Of a DNA stretch of 64,000 nt, positions 53,960 through 63,081 are shown piece by piece. Below the pieces are notes generated by a model. The model did no database searches, was not told where the DNA came from, and saw only the letters and a list, made by a program, of their open reading frames with translations. The stretch's first letter is position 1; each line of letters opens with the position of its first letter. Origin of the DNA: Planctomycetales bacterium (GTDB lineage Bacteria > Planctomycetota > Phycisphaerae > Sedimentisphaerales > Anaerohalosphaeraceae). Where the stretch lies: NCBI GenBank assembly GCA_022615575.1, contig JAKEGM010000071.1:12164-76163 (forward strand), in the 5' to 3' direction. Made by a program: the position numbers and the translations under genes.

Positions 53960-55416
53960 AGATGACTCTCCCGACAACCCGTTGGCTTCCGAAGAGCGGC
54001 CGGCCTGCCGGCTTTGCCCTGATGGTTGCGCTGATTGTGCTGGTGGTCTTGTCCTCGCTGATGACGGGATTGGCGCTGCATTTGACAATGGCCAAACGGC
54101 GCCAGCAGTATATGATTGAATATCAGCGCGCCCGCTACGGCGCGGATTCGGCGATGAAGTATATTTTGACGGAGCTTCCCCAGCGGAACTTTGCGGTTCA
54201 GAACCGCGTCGGCAAGCCCGATTTTTCCGACCTGTACTGGATGAACGACGCCGAGTATTCGCAATTTATCGCCAACTGGGCGATGACGGCCACCGTTGAG
54301 GATGTCGAATCGGTACTCAAAGACGGCGTCTCGCTGGGGGTGTCGGATGAAATGAACGCCGAAAACCTGTTTTCCAACCTGATGTCGCTGTTTGGCGCAG
54401 GCGGCACATCGGACCTGCCGGAAAACCCCGCGCCAGACGCAAACAGCGTTGAAACGGACTCCGGCGACCCCAATGAAGCGTTTTACGGGGGCGAGCTGGA
54501 CCCCAATGACATTGAAATCCCCGGCCCGTATGGACCGAGCTGGCCCTATGTGATGGAACCGATTGAACTGGAAATCGGCACCTGCCGGGTGACGATTGTC
54601 GTGGAGGATGAAAACGCCAAGATGCCGCTGAGCTGGCTGGTTACCAATTCCAGCGCCGCCAACAAGCAGGCCGAAAATGCCCTGCTGACGTTTTGCGAAT
54701 GGATGGCCCGCGATATGCAGGGCCTTGGGGAGCTTCAGGAAACCATTCAGACGGCCATGGACGAGGTGTACAAAAGAAAGGCGTTCAAACTGAACCCCAG
54801 CCCGATTATTCTCCGGCCGGCCGCCGCGCAGCCCCAGCCCGCCAAGCCGGCGGGTCCCCCCCAGACGACGGCCGCGGGCCGGCGAAAGGCGGCACGAATC
54901 CTGACCCAGCAGGGAGGGTCGCAGCCGGCTCCGCAGACGGCGCCCCGGGAGCGGCGCCCCGTGGCCCATACGACGGATTTTGCCAAGCTGTTTCACAGTT
55001 CGCTGCTGAATCAGGAGGTCCTGGCCCGCCCCCTGCCCGATATGGGCCAGCGGCAGGAAAGCCCCCTGAAGTATTTATCGCTCTGGGGCGCCCAGCGGGT
55101 GAATATCAATACGGCCCCGCGCCATGTGCTGGAGGCGACCTTTACGCTTGCCATCGACCCGCTGGTGGCCAGCGAACTTGCCCATGCGGTGATTGAACAG
55201 CGGAAGGAAAAGCCGTTTCGCAGCGCGGCCGAATTGAAGGAACTGGGCCGGCTGGATGCGGGCACCATGAACACGCTGCAGAATTATATAACGACGGCCA
55301 GCACGTTCTTCCAGGTTCGGGTTACCAGCCGCAGCGGCAATGCCCGCGCGGTCGCGGTGGCCACCGTCGTCAAGGAAGGAAAACAGATGGAACGGCTGGC
55401 CATTTTATATCAGTGA
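53956..55416 (+). CDS. gspK: Minor pseudopilin GspK
   Basis: GRPAG|FALMVALIVLVVLSSL (no Glu5, as in GspK). ...VNINTAPRHVLEATF... and ...FRSAAELKELGRLD... HhH/SAM-like domain typical of T2SSK. ATGA overlap upstream. Confidence 0.75.
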   Translation: MKMTLPTTRWLPKSGRPAGFALMVALIVLVVLSSLMTGLALHLTMAKRRQQYMIEYQRARYGADSAMKYILTELPQRNFAVQNRVGKPDFSDLYWMNDAEYSQFIANWAMTATVEDVESVLKDGVSLGVSDEMNAENLFSNLMSLFGAGGTSDLPENPAPDANSVETDSGDPNEAFYGGELDPNDIEIPGPYGPSWPYVMEPIELEIGTCRVTIVVEDENAKMPLSWLVTNSSAANKQAENALLTFCEWMARDMQGLGELQETIQTAMDEVYKRKAFKLNPSPIILRPAAAQPQPAKPAGPPQTTAAGRRKAARILTQQGGSQPAPQTAPRERRPVAHTTDFAKLFHSSLLNQEVLARPLPDMGQRQESPLKYLSLWGAQRVNINTAPRHVLEATFTLAIDPLVASELAHAVIEQRKEKPFRSAAELKELGRLDAGTMNTLQNYITTASTFFQVRVTSRSGNARAVAVATVVKEGKQMERLAILYQ

Positions 55417-55453
55417 AAATGACAAACGGAATCCTGAAACGGGAGTTAATCAC

Positions 55454-56899
55454 GTGGATGAAAAGGGAAGCTTAGGACTTTTTCTTTCGAGAGACAAAGC
55501 GGCGGCGGTCTGGGTGTCTTCGGGCGCGGATGCCTCGGTGCAGGGTGTCCTGAATGTTCTGCCCCGGGGGGAAGGCGAACCGGCGACGCTTGCCCTGCAG
55601 GCGGCCCGCGCTGCGGTGCAGCGGGGGCTTGCGTTTGACGAGGTTTTTCTGGCCGTGGATTGCGGCTATTATACGCGGCACAATCTGCATTCCGAGTTCG
55701 ACGATTATGCGCAGGTGGAAAGCACCATCAAGTACGACGCCGAAGAAGCCGCCGCCGCGGATGCGATGAACCTGGCGACGGCGTTTGAAATTACCGGCAA
55801 AGACCCCGCCGGTTCAAAGGTGACGGTGTATGCGGCGGACCGCCAGCTTTTGACGGACATCCTGATGGATGTGCAGGAAGGCGGCCTGGACCCGACGGCC
55901 ATTGAGCCGGATGCCGTGTGTCTGGGGCGCGCCCTTTCTCATAAAATGCGCATGGCCGAACGGACGAATACGCTTTTTGCCGTCTTGTCTTCGGCCAGTT
56001 GTTATCTGTTCCGGCCGCAGCCCGGTTACGCCCCGGCCGTTCGCACATTCCTGGTGGGGCAGGGGCAGAATGTCGCCGCCGTCCTGGCGCGGGAAATTCT
56101 GCTGCTTGGCGCCTCGGAGGCCCCCCAAAGCGCGCTGACGTCGCTGGTTTTGGTTGGCCGAACCGAGACGGTTGATACGGCGATTCTGCATCAGCGCACC
56201 GGCCTGGAGGTGACGGCCGAGACCCCGGAAAAAGACCTTGCCCTGGCGGCGGACGCCGACGGGGTCCTTTGCCATGAACTGCTGGCCGCCTACGGCGCGG
56301 CGCTGGCGGGCCGAACGCGCGAGCCCAAAGCGGATTTTCGCCGGGATTTTATGCCGTTTCAGGGACGCCGAAAGGCGCTCGAAGGCAGCTTGCGGAAAAT
56401 CGGGATTGCCCTGACGGTTCTTCTGGCCGCCGCCGCCGTGTTTTTCCAGATCAAGGCGTTTCAGATGAAAAGCTATGCCCGGCAGTTAACCGCCAAGACG
56501 GCCAGGCAGTATGCGGCGGTTATGGAGGGAAAGTCGCCGCCGCCGGGAGCCAGGCCGACCACCAAACTGAACACCGTTTATTCGCAGATACAAAAGGAAC
56601 AGGAGGGGTTCGGGCTTGGCGATGAAACATTGGTGCCCAGCAAACTGATGTTTTTCTTTGAGGCGCTCAACCAGATGCCGTCCGCGGTGGACATCCGCGT
56701 CCAGCAGATAACGATTAACGAGCGTTCCATGAAGGTCAAAGGGGACGCCGGCAACCGCGCCGGAACAATGGTTTTGCTCAGCGAAATTAAAAAACATCCG
56801 CGGATTTCGCTGGCATCGGAGCGTGTTGCCCCAAACCCCGACGGGCGCGATGCCTTTGAAATTACCCTGGAACCCAAAAAAGCCGAGGCCAAACCATGA
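55454..56899 (+). CDS. GspL/PilM-PilN-like assembly protein (cytoplasmic actin-like domain + TM + periplasmic domain)
   Basis: ORF 55340 trimmed to in-frame GTG 55454, 8 nt after GGGAG (this avoids overlap with gspK). One TM (IGIALTVLLAAAAVFFQI). Position between K and M. Confidence 0.55.
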   Translation: MDEKGSLGLFLSRDKAAAVWVSSGADASVQGVLNVLPRGEGEPATLALQAARAAVQRGLAFDEVFLAVDCGYYTRHNLHSEFDDYAQVESTIKYDAEEAAAADAMNLATAFEITGKDPAGSKVTVYAADRQLLTDILMDVQEGGLDPTAIEPDAVCLGRALSHKMRMAERTNTLFAVLSSASCYLFRPQPGYAPAVRTFLVGQGQNVAAVLAREILLLGASEAPQSALTSLVLVGRTETVDTAILHQRTGLEVTAETPEKDLALAADADGVLCHELLAAYGAALAGRTREPKADFRRDFMPFQGRRKALEGSLRKIGIALTVLLAAAAVFFQIKAFQMKSYARQLTAKTARQYAAVMEGKSPPPGARPTTKLNTVYSQIQKEQEGFGLGDETLVPSKLMFFFEALNQMPSAVDIRVQQITINERSMKVKGDAGNRAGTMVLLSEIKKHPRISLASERVAPNPDGRDAFEITLEPKKAEAKP

Positions 56900-57399
56900 A
56901 AAAGATGCTCAAAAATCCAACCCTGTATTATATCGCGGCTCCGGCCGCGGCGGCGCTCTGGGTGCTGCTGGCCGGTTTTGTGTTTTATCCCAAATCGGTT
57001 GAGGCCTGTCAGGATGCCCAAACGGAACTCCGGAAGACCGAGGAGCTGATTCGAAAGATGGTCGCCCTCAAGCCCAAACTGCTGGAGAAAATCGACAAAA
57101 GCGGCAAAGCCGAGGTCTTTGATTTTACCAAGACCATCAATGAATCGGCCCAGCTCTTTTCCATTTCCCCGTCCAACTACACCTCCAATGTCCGCGGTCA
57201 GGTCAATCGGGCGGGGCGGCCGAGCCGGTCGGCGGCCGTAACGATTAAAAGCATCGACATCGAGCGGCTGGCGGCGTTTCTTTCGTCCCTGCTGGTTCGC
57301 TGGTCGGACCTCAAGTGCGAATCGCTGAGTTTGGACAAAGGCAAAGCCGGCAAAAACGACTGGAAGGCCGAAATGACCCTGACCTACTATTATCAGTAG
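56896..57399 (+). CDS. GspM/PilO-like bitopic protein
   Basis: 167 aa. N-terminal TM LYYIAAPAAAALWVLLAGFVF followed by a coiled coil. ATGA overlap with the upstream gene. Last gene of the cluster. Confidence 0.45.
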   Translation: MKKMLKNPTLYYIAAPAAAALWVLLAGFVFYPKSVEACQDAQTELRKTEELIRKMVALKPKLLEKIDKSGKAEVFDFTKTINESAQLFSISPSNYTSNVRGQVNRAGRPSRSAAVTIKSIDIERLAAFLSSLLVRWSDLKCESLSLDKGKAGKNDWKAEMTLTYYYQ

Positions 57400-57484
57400 C
57401 GAAAAACAGGGTCCGGCGGGGCTGTCGCCTCAGGAGGACGCTCATTTTCCAATGAGCAACCCGCATAAGCCGCCAAGTTTTTTA

Positions 57485-59875
57485 CTATGGGTCAATTTCA
57501 GAATGCCGCGCCGCCGCAATTTCGTCTATCCGGCGGATGCGTTTTTCCGCTTCGGCAGAGTCGGCCGGCTGCGGCGGCATCTGCTTTGGCACAGGGAGTT
57601 TTCCGGTGAGCGTCTGGCCGGCGTTTAATTTTACGACGAAATCCGGGCCGACCTTTTTGACCTTTCGATTAAACGCAGGTTCCAGGCCGTTGAAGTTATC
57701 CCGCAGACGCAGCACGCCGTCGACGGTTGCCTCGATCTCAAAACGGCCAGTCGTGTTATTGGTGCGCTCGGCGGAAACAATAAAGCCGCCCTCTGCGCGC
57801 AAGTCGCGAAAACGTGCGTTATGCCATGTCCACGGCATCGCCGGGAAAATACGGATGACCGGAGTCGGATCGTTGAGGATGTTCACCGGCCAGCTCTGCA
57901 GGACCATGTCATGGACCGCTTCCATCGCCAGGAAGTTGCCCTCCAGCGTGAACGGCCGGTATCTGAAACCGGACAGGTCCGCGCCAAGCTGATCGCCGTT
58001 GGCGTGGAACCCGTTGCGCAGGATGAACGCGCGCTCATAACAGGTCAGGTACTGATACGCCAACTCGGCCATGTTCGCACGGGCCAGGGCGCAGGCAAAC
58101 CATGAAAAACTGTACCCGGTCCAGGCGCGGGTTCCAAGCTCGTCCATTTTTTCAAGCGTGGCCTGAATGACCTGTCGATCCCTGTCGGAGCCGTCGATGT
58201 TGAGCGTACCGAACGGATGAACCGCCATGGCATGGGCATGGTGGCGATGGGACTGATTGAACGGCTCGCCGGCGCTGAACATCAGGACATTGCTGTCATC
58301 CACATGCAGGCCGTCGAGTTTGCCGCGCAGCGCTGTCCATTTTTTAACATCGTCGCTTCTGCCCAGCACGTCGGCCATCTCCGCCATCGCCTCGAACGCC
58401 CAGATCAGCATGGACAGGTCCTGGTTCGAGTTCGGCTTGAGATACGCCCTTTTGGAGTTGTCGAAAATCTCGGCTGAACTGGAAAGCTCAAAATAAAGTT
58501 TGCCGTCTTTTTCCTCCAGCAGTTTGACGATGGTGCCGACGATCTCATCCATCCACGGATACGCCCGATCGCGCAGAAAGACCGGGTCCATCGTATGCTT
58601 CCAGTGCAGGTAAAAACTCTGCCCTACCCAGACGGCATAACTGACGGACAGCGAATACTGCGGCCAGCCGCCCAGCGGTTTGCCGTTGAGGGACATGACT
58701 GCCGGGATCGCGGCACCGTCAACGCCGAAAAAATCGCGGGCAAAGCTGCGGTACTCCGGCAGCAGGTTCCACATGTGATTGATGAAACTCAACCCCGCAT
58801 CCGTCAGGCCCGCCTTATGATAGGCGATATAGGTCATCTGGGTGTTGAGGTCATGGTGGAAATCGCCTTTCCATGGGGGCAGGCCTCCGGAATCCTGCGT
58901 CCAGACCCCCTGCAACGGCATTGACGGCGCATCCGGGCGGGAGGCGGCGCCGTAGAAGTACTTGCACAGATTGTAGTGCCGCTGGAGTCGCTCATCGGGA
59001 ACACAGACCTCGGAGATGCTCCAGAAATCCTTCCACCATGTCCGGTGCTGCCGGAACATTTTTTCAAAACCGGCGTCCATGACTTTTGAAACGCGCCGTT
59101 TTGCCAGGACAAGCGGATCCGGTTCGGCGGCATCTTCCCGATTGGTTGTTATCGTCGCGGCGACCAGCGTCTGGCCGCCAAGGCGTTTGGAAGCGGTCAG
59201 CGTCGCATACACCAGTCCGCCGGCGGCTTGCTGCACCATCCAGTTCATCCCGTCAGCGGAACCGAATTCGGCCGGTTTATAGTTCAAATTGTCAAGGCCG
59301 TCGGGCCGGAGGAACTTGCTGGTTACGTCGGAATCGCCGATGCGGATCAGGGCGACGCGCTGCTCGGCACAGAAGAAACACTCCAGCGTGCTGCCGTCGG
59401 TAAACGTCACGGTGCCGAGGGCCTGTTTCATGTCGAGCGTAAACGCTTCGGCTTTCTTGCCGTCTCCGAGGGTCAGCACCAGTCGGCCGCCCGGCAGCTT
59501 GGTTGGAGCCGGATGGCTGTCGTAGGCGTTGCTGTAGCGCCGCATAAACTCCCCCCAATCCTCCCGGATGAGCTTTTTCATGTTCGCATAGTTCCAGTCG
59601 CCTTCGAGAATTTCCGGCGCGGGGGTTTCATCCCACAGGTCGCCCCGGTCCAGCGAAAGATTGATGGCGTTATCCTTTCCCCAGAGCAGGCCGCCCAGCA
59701 TGCCGTTGCCCAGCGGAATCGCCTCGTCCCATGTCGTAATCGGCGCTGCGAGGTTAAGTTCATACGCGCCCGCCCCGTCGGCCCGTCCGTCCGGCGAAAA
59801 AGCAAACAGAACGGCCGCCGCAAGGAATACTTTGAAAATACAGATTCCTGGACATGTCTTTTTGAATGAGTGCAT
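57485..59875 (-). CDS. Glycoside hydrolase family 95-like (alpha-L-fucosidase type), secreted
   Basis: 796 aa with a signal peptide. N-terminal WDEAIPLGNGMLGGLLWG...LWDE matches the GH95 N-domain motif (W.eALPiGNG.lGaM..G). Confidence 0.7.
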   Translation of the reverse strand: MHSFKKTCPGICIFKVFLAAAVLFAFSPDGRADGAGAYELNLAAPITTWDEAIPLGNGMLGGLLWGKDNAINLSLDRGDLWDETPAPEILEGDWNYANMKKLIREDWGEFMRRYSNAYDSHPAPTKLPGGRLVLTLGDGKKAEAFTLDMKQALGTVTFTDGSTLECFFCAEQRVALIRIGDSDVTSKFLRPDGLDNLNYKPAEFGSADGMNWMVQQAAGGLVYATLTASKRLGGQTLVAATITTNREDAAEPDPLVLAKRRVSKVMDAGFEKMFRQHRTWWKDFWSISEVCVPDERLQRHYNLCKYFYGAASRPDAPSMPLQGVWTQDSGGLPPWKGDFHHDLNTQMTYIAYHKAGLTDAGLSFINHMWNLLPEYRSFARDFFGVDGAAIPAVMSLNGKPLGGWPQYSLSVSYAVWVGQSFYLHWKHTMDPVFLRDRAYPWMDEIVGTIVKLLEEKDGKLYFELSSSAEIFDNSKRAYLKPNSNQDLSMLIWAFEAMAEMADVLGRSDDVKKWTALRGKLDGLHVDDSNVLMFSAGEPFNQSHRHHAHAMAVHPFGTLNIDGSDRDRQVIQATLEKMDELGTRAWTGYSFSWFACALARANMAELAYQYLTCYERAFILRNGFHANGDQLGADLSGFRYRPFTLEGNFLAMEAVHDMVLQSWPVNILNDPTPVIRIFPAMPWTWHNARFRDLRAEGGFIVSAERTNNTTGRFEIEATVDGVLRLRDNFNGLEPAFNRKVKKVGPDFVVKLNAGQTLTGKLPVPKQMPPQPADSAEAEKRIRRIDEIAAARHSEIDP

Positions 59876-60030
59876 TGAACGAACTCCTTTCGCTGTGTGA
59901 TTGACGTTTTATGGACGGTCATCTTTTCTGCGGATCGGCCCCATTTTTCTGTACCCGTTGTTATGAGCGCATAGCCGACCCGTTCTCTCTGCATTGTGCC
60001 TGTCCCTATTTATATTGCCTAAAGGGTATA

Positions 60031-62373
60031 TCATTCGGTTATCACAAACCATGTCAGGCTCTCGGCGGAAATTTCGACAGGAATTGTGATATTGTACTGC
60101 CGGTCGAGTTTATAAACCCTGTCTTTGCCGTCCGGGTTCCGAAGCCGTGCTGTTTCCGTAAGGCCTGTGTAATACATCGGCAGCTTCAGGTTTTTCCTCA
60201 CGGGGCTTTTTGCGGGGTTATAGACCATTACAAGGGCTTTTTCCCTGAGCTGTGAATTGACGTGCATCATGCAGTCGATATCCTTTCCGTCGGCCCTTCG
60301 GATGTGAATGATATCCGAGTCTAAAATTTGCCGGTGGCTTCTGTAAAAATCGACCCATTTTTTGACGACCGCCTTTGTTTTTTCAGAGTCATAAAGCCGC
60401 GGCCCCCGATAACATGCCTGCACCCCGGCCCCGAAATTGTTCGCAAGATGGGCCTCATAAGCGTCAAGATGCTCTTCGAGCGGCTCAATCGTCGCCGCCG
60501 CTCCGCCGCCGTGGTACTGGGTCAGAGGCACAAACATCCATCCCATGCTCGGTGTCTTTTCCCATGTGCCGTCGTAGATGTTCTGTCGGCCGTGGATGAT
60601 TTGCTGCGCTCTCGGCAGCGACCAGTTTGTTTCACGGTAGCCCATGCCGCTCTTGTTTGTACCGCTCAGGTAGTAGTAATCCGGCACGTTGAGATAAATT
60701 CCCTTACCCCTGCACCATTTATAGAAGTCGGTTATTGTCCTGTGTTGTGTGTGCTGGGAATCTGCATAACCGGCATGTCCGGGATGTGCTGTCGATGCAC
60801 AGAAATCGCCGGGGTACGAGCCGTCATGCTCAAGCAGGTCAAACCCGGTCTTTTCATAAAAAGCGTACAGTTTACGGAAATATTCCTGTCCCCATTTGCT
60901 GCCGATGCACGGCGAATTGCCGAATCTTGCAAAGCCGCCGGGTTTTCCTGTGGCAGGATTCACAACATCGTCCTGGTCGCTGACTTGCCGTGAGGCAAGA
61001 AGTGAATAACCGCCAAGTTCGATTTCTCTGCTGTGGGCGTAATCAGCCAGTTCCTTCAGTTCGGCAAGGTATTCAGGATTTTCGCTTTCAATATTAAACC
61101 CGCTCCCAAATGTCAGAATGACCATTTCAAATCCTGCCTCGGCACACTGGTCGATGGCCAGACGGACACTCTTCGGCTCGGCGCTTCGCACGTGCATTAA
61201 TATCGGATTTTCAGTTACCCACGGGGCGATTGTGCGGTACATCCGTCTTACTGCAAGCCCTCTGCGCTCCCGGTCTGTGCTGTCATAAGGAAGTTCAAAT
61301 GTCCTGAAAGAGACAAACTTATCGCCGGGCTGAATCGTTATATCAGGCCCGCCCGGCAACGTGCAGACCAGCAGGCAGGGGGTTTTGCACAGATAGTTGA
61401 CCTGCGTTTTGTACTCAGGGTCGGGCACGAAAAGACAGGTTTTATTTGCGCCTGCTGCATTCATCCCGCCGAATGCGTAATCGCTTTCGACATGCATACC
61501 CGGCTCAGCCCAGTAAGGGGACTCATCCACGGGGGATTCGCCTTCAACGATGGCAAGGATTTCGCTCTTGAATGAGTTGAGTTTCACCGGCTGCCCGGAG
61601 CCGTTTTGAACCTCAATCCATTTGCAGATAACAGGTATGCCGTCGTACATTTCATAATGTACCGAGACGGTAATGTCTTTCGGGTAAGCCGTTGTCTGTC
61701 CCGTTTGTTCCTGTTCACCAAAGGGCTGCCGCGGTGCATTCGGTTGGGGTGGTTCTTTGAAACAAAAGTCAAGCCTCAGAGAAACACCGGCCGGCGGCCA
61801 GGGCATATCGGTGCTGTACCGTTTTCTCTTCCATGAAAAAGGCTCTTTTGTCTTTCCGACGGCAAGGCCTTCAAGCCCAAAAGCGTTCGGGTCCGAAGTC
61901 AGCTTATCAATCCATTCGGGCAGCAGGTATGCATAATTCGGCTGGCCCTTCAGTCCGCCTATCTCAAAGTGCCGGCCGTCCAGTTCGAGTACCGCTTCCG
62001 GCTTTACCCCGCGCAACATCGATTCGCCGGTCATCAAATTGTCCAGGGCAATGGTGGCCGCATTCGGTTGAAGCCGCCAGACCCGGCGAACCAGCCCATT
62101 GCTCAGGACAACCTCATGGGATTGCTCATTAACCTTAACTTCGGCTTTATACGGTGATGGATCTATCAGCCAGTCGCCATTTTCACGTTCAACAAAGGAT
62201 TTCGAATCGGCACATAACGTGCAGGAGGACAGCAAGCAACTCAATACAATCATCAGGGATAGGCCGAACAGCTTGCCGGCAAGCTTAATACAAGATATCC
62301 GCGAAGAGATAAAATAGGGGGCCAGGCCTGTCCTGCTGGATGATTGCTGAATCGAAACATTGTGTTCTGTCAC
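60031..62373 (-). CDS. Secreted putative glycoside hydrolase (TIM-barrel, alpha-galactosidase-like); family uncertain
   Basis: 780 aa with an N-terminal hydrophobic anchor/signal. Central GFEMVILTFGSGF...ELGGYSLLASR...LEHDGSYPGD suggests a (beta/alpha)8 glycosidase. I cannot name the family. Confidence 0.45.
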   Translation of the reverse strand: MTEHNVSIQQSSSRTGLAPYFISSRISCIKLAGKLFGLSLMIVLSCLLSSCTLCADSKSFVERENGDWLIDPSPYKAEVKVNEQSHEVVLSNGLVRRVWRLQPNAATIALDNLMTGESMLRGVKPEAVLELDGRHFEIGGLKGQPNYAYLLPEWIDKLTSDPNAFGLEGLAVGKTKEPFSWKRKRYSTDMPWPPAGVSLRLDFCFKEPPQPNAPRQPFGEQEQTGQTTAYPKDITVSVHYEMYDGIPVICKWIEVQNGSGQPVKLNSFKSEILAIVEGESPVDESPYWAEPGMHVESDYAFGGMNAAGANKTCLFVPDPEYKTQVNYLCKTPCLLVCTLPGGPDITIQPGDKFVSFRTFELPYDSTDRERRGLAVRRMYRTIAPWVTENPILMHVRSAEPKSVRLAIDQCAEAGFEMVILTFGSGFNIESENPEYLAELKELADYAHSREIELGGYSLLASRQVSDQDDVVNPATGKPGGFARFGNSPCIGSKWGQEYFRKLYAFYEKTGFDLLEHDGSYPGDFCASTAHPGHAGYADSQHTQHRTITDFYKWCRGKGIYLNVPDYYYLSGTNKSGMGYRETNWSLPRAQQIIHGRQNIYDGTWEKTPSMGWMFVPLTQYHGGGAAATIEPLEEHLDAYEAHLANNFGAGVQACYRGPRLYDSEKTKAVVKKWVDFYRSHRQILDSDIIHIRRADGKDIDCMMHVNSQLREKALVMVYNPAKSPVRKNLKLPMYYTGLTETARLRNPDGKDRVYKLDRQYNITIPVEISAESLTWFVITE

Positions 62374-63081
62374 AGGTAATTCTCCATTATCATATTTCGA
62401 TATCCTGTATTTTCACTGCTGTCCCAATCCTGTTCGGTACGGCATTTGCTCTTTGTTAACTTCATACAGTGTTCTTGATCCTTGCGGGCAGTTTACCGGC
62501 AGCGGCGGTCTTGGGCAAGGTATTTTTGCGCCGCGTTGACCGCGGCCGGAGCGCCGGTGCAATCGGCCCTGGGCGGAGTTAATCCTGTTTTTGCAGACGT
62601 CCGATATGGGCCAGCAGTTCAACAAAGCAAGCTAAAGCTTGAACTCTTACAAGGCGTTCGCATTTGACTAAAATGTTACAAAAATTATTTCTGCCCAAAA
62701 CAGCATACCCGTTGTCGGGGAAAAATACCCTGCCTCACAAGTGTAATCCCGCATAGCAGGCAAAGCAGACACATAAAAGCGTCAATTTCGCTGGTACCAA
62801 TAAAAACCGCCAAATTGTGTGCAAAAAGGGCGAAAACAAAACTCCTTCAACCGAGATAACACGCTATCCTTTGAAGTTCATAAAAAAACTGCTCAGGGAT
62901 TGCCGCTGCCGGTACGGGAAAACCGGTCAATTCTTTACAAAAAAACGCAAAAAACTGACCCCTCGCTGGGCATAATTATGGTACAATAAAAGCCGTACAT
63001 TTGATGGGGGCATACGGCGCCGCAAATGGATGAAGTTTGGATAAACGGAGTCATAGCTTTGAGAGGAGCAGCGTTTTCAGT

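Noticed and set aside
53072-54996. 338-aa and 387-aa minus-strand ORFs
   Set aside because: They are antisense to the gspI/J/K-like genes, whose prepilin leaders (GFTLVE, AFTLVE, GFALMV) mark the + frames.
55340-55453. Track start 55340 for the GspL-like gene
   Set aside because: It would overlap gspK by 77 nt and add a Trp/Arg-rich non-homologous N-terminus. The in-frame GTG 55454 has a GGGAG SD at correct spacing.
57440-57457. Hairpin gctcatt-ttcc-aatgagc between convergent gspM-like and GH95 genes as a terminator
   Set aside because: It has only a 7-bp AT-containing stem and no adjacent U-run on either strand, which is too weak to call.
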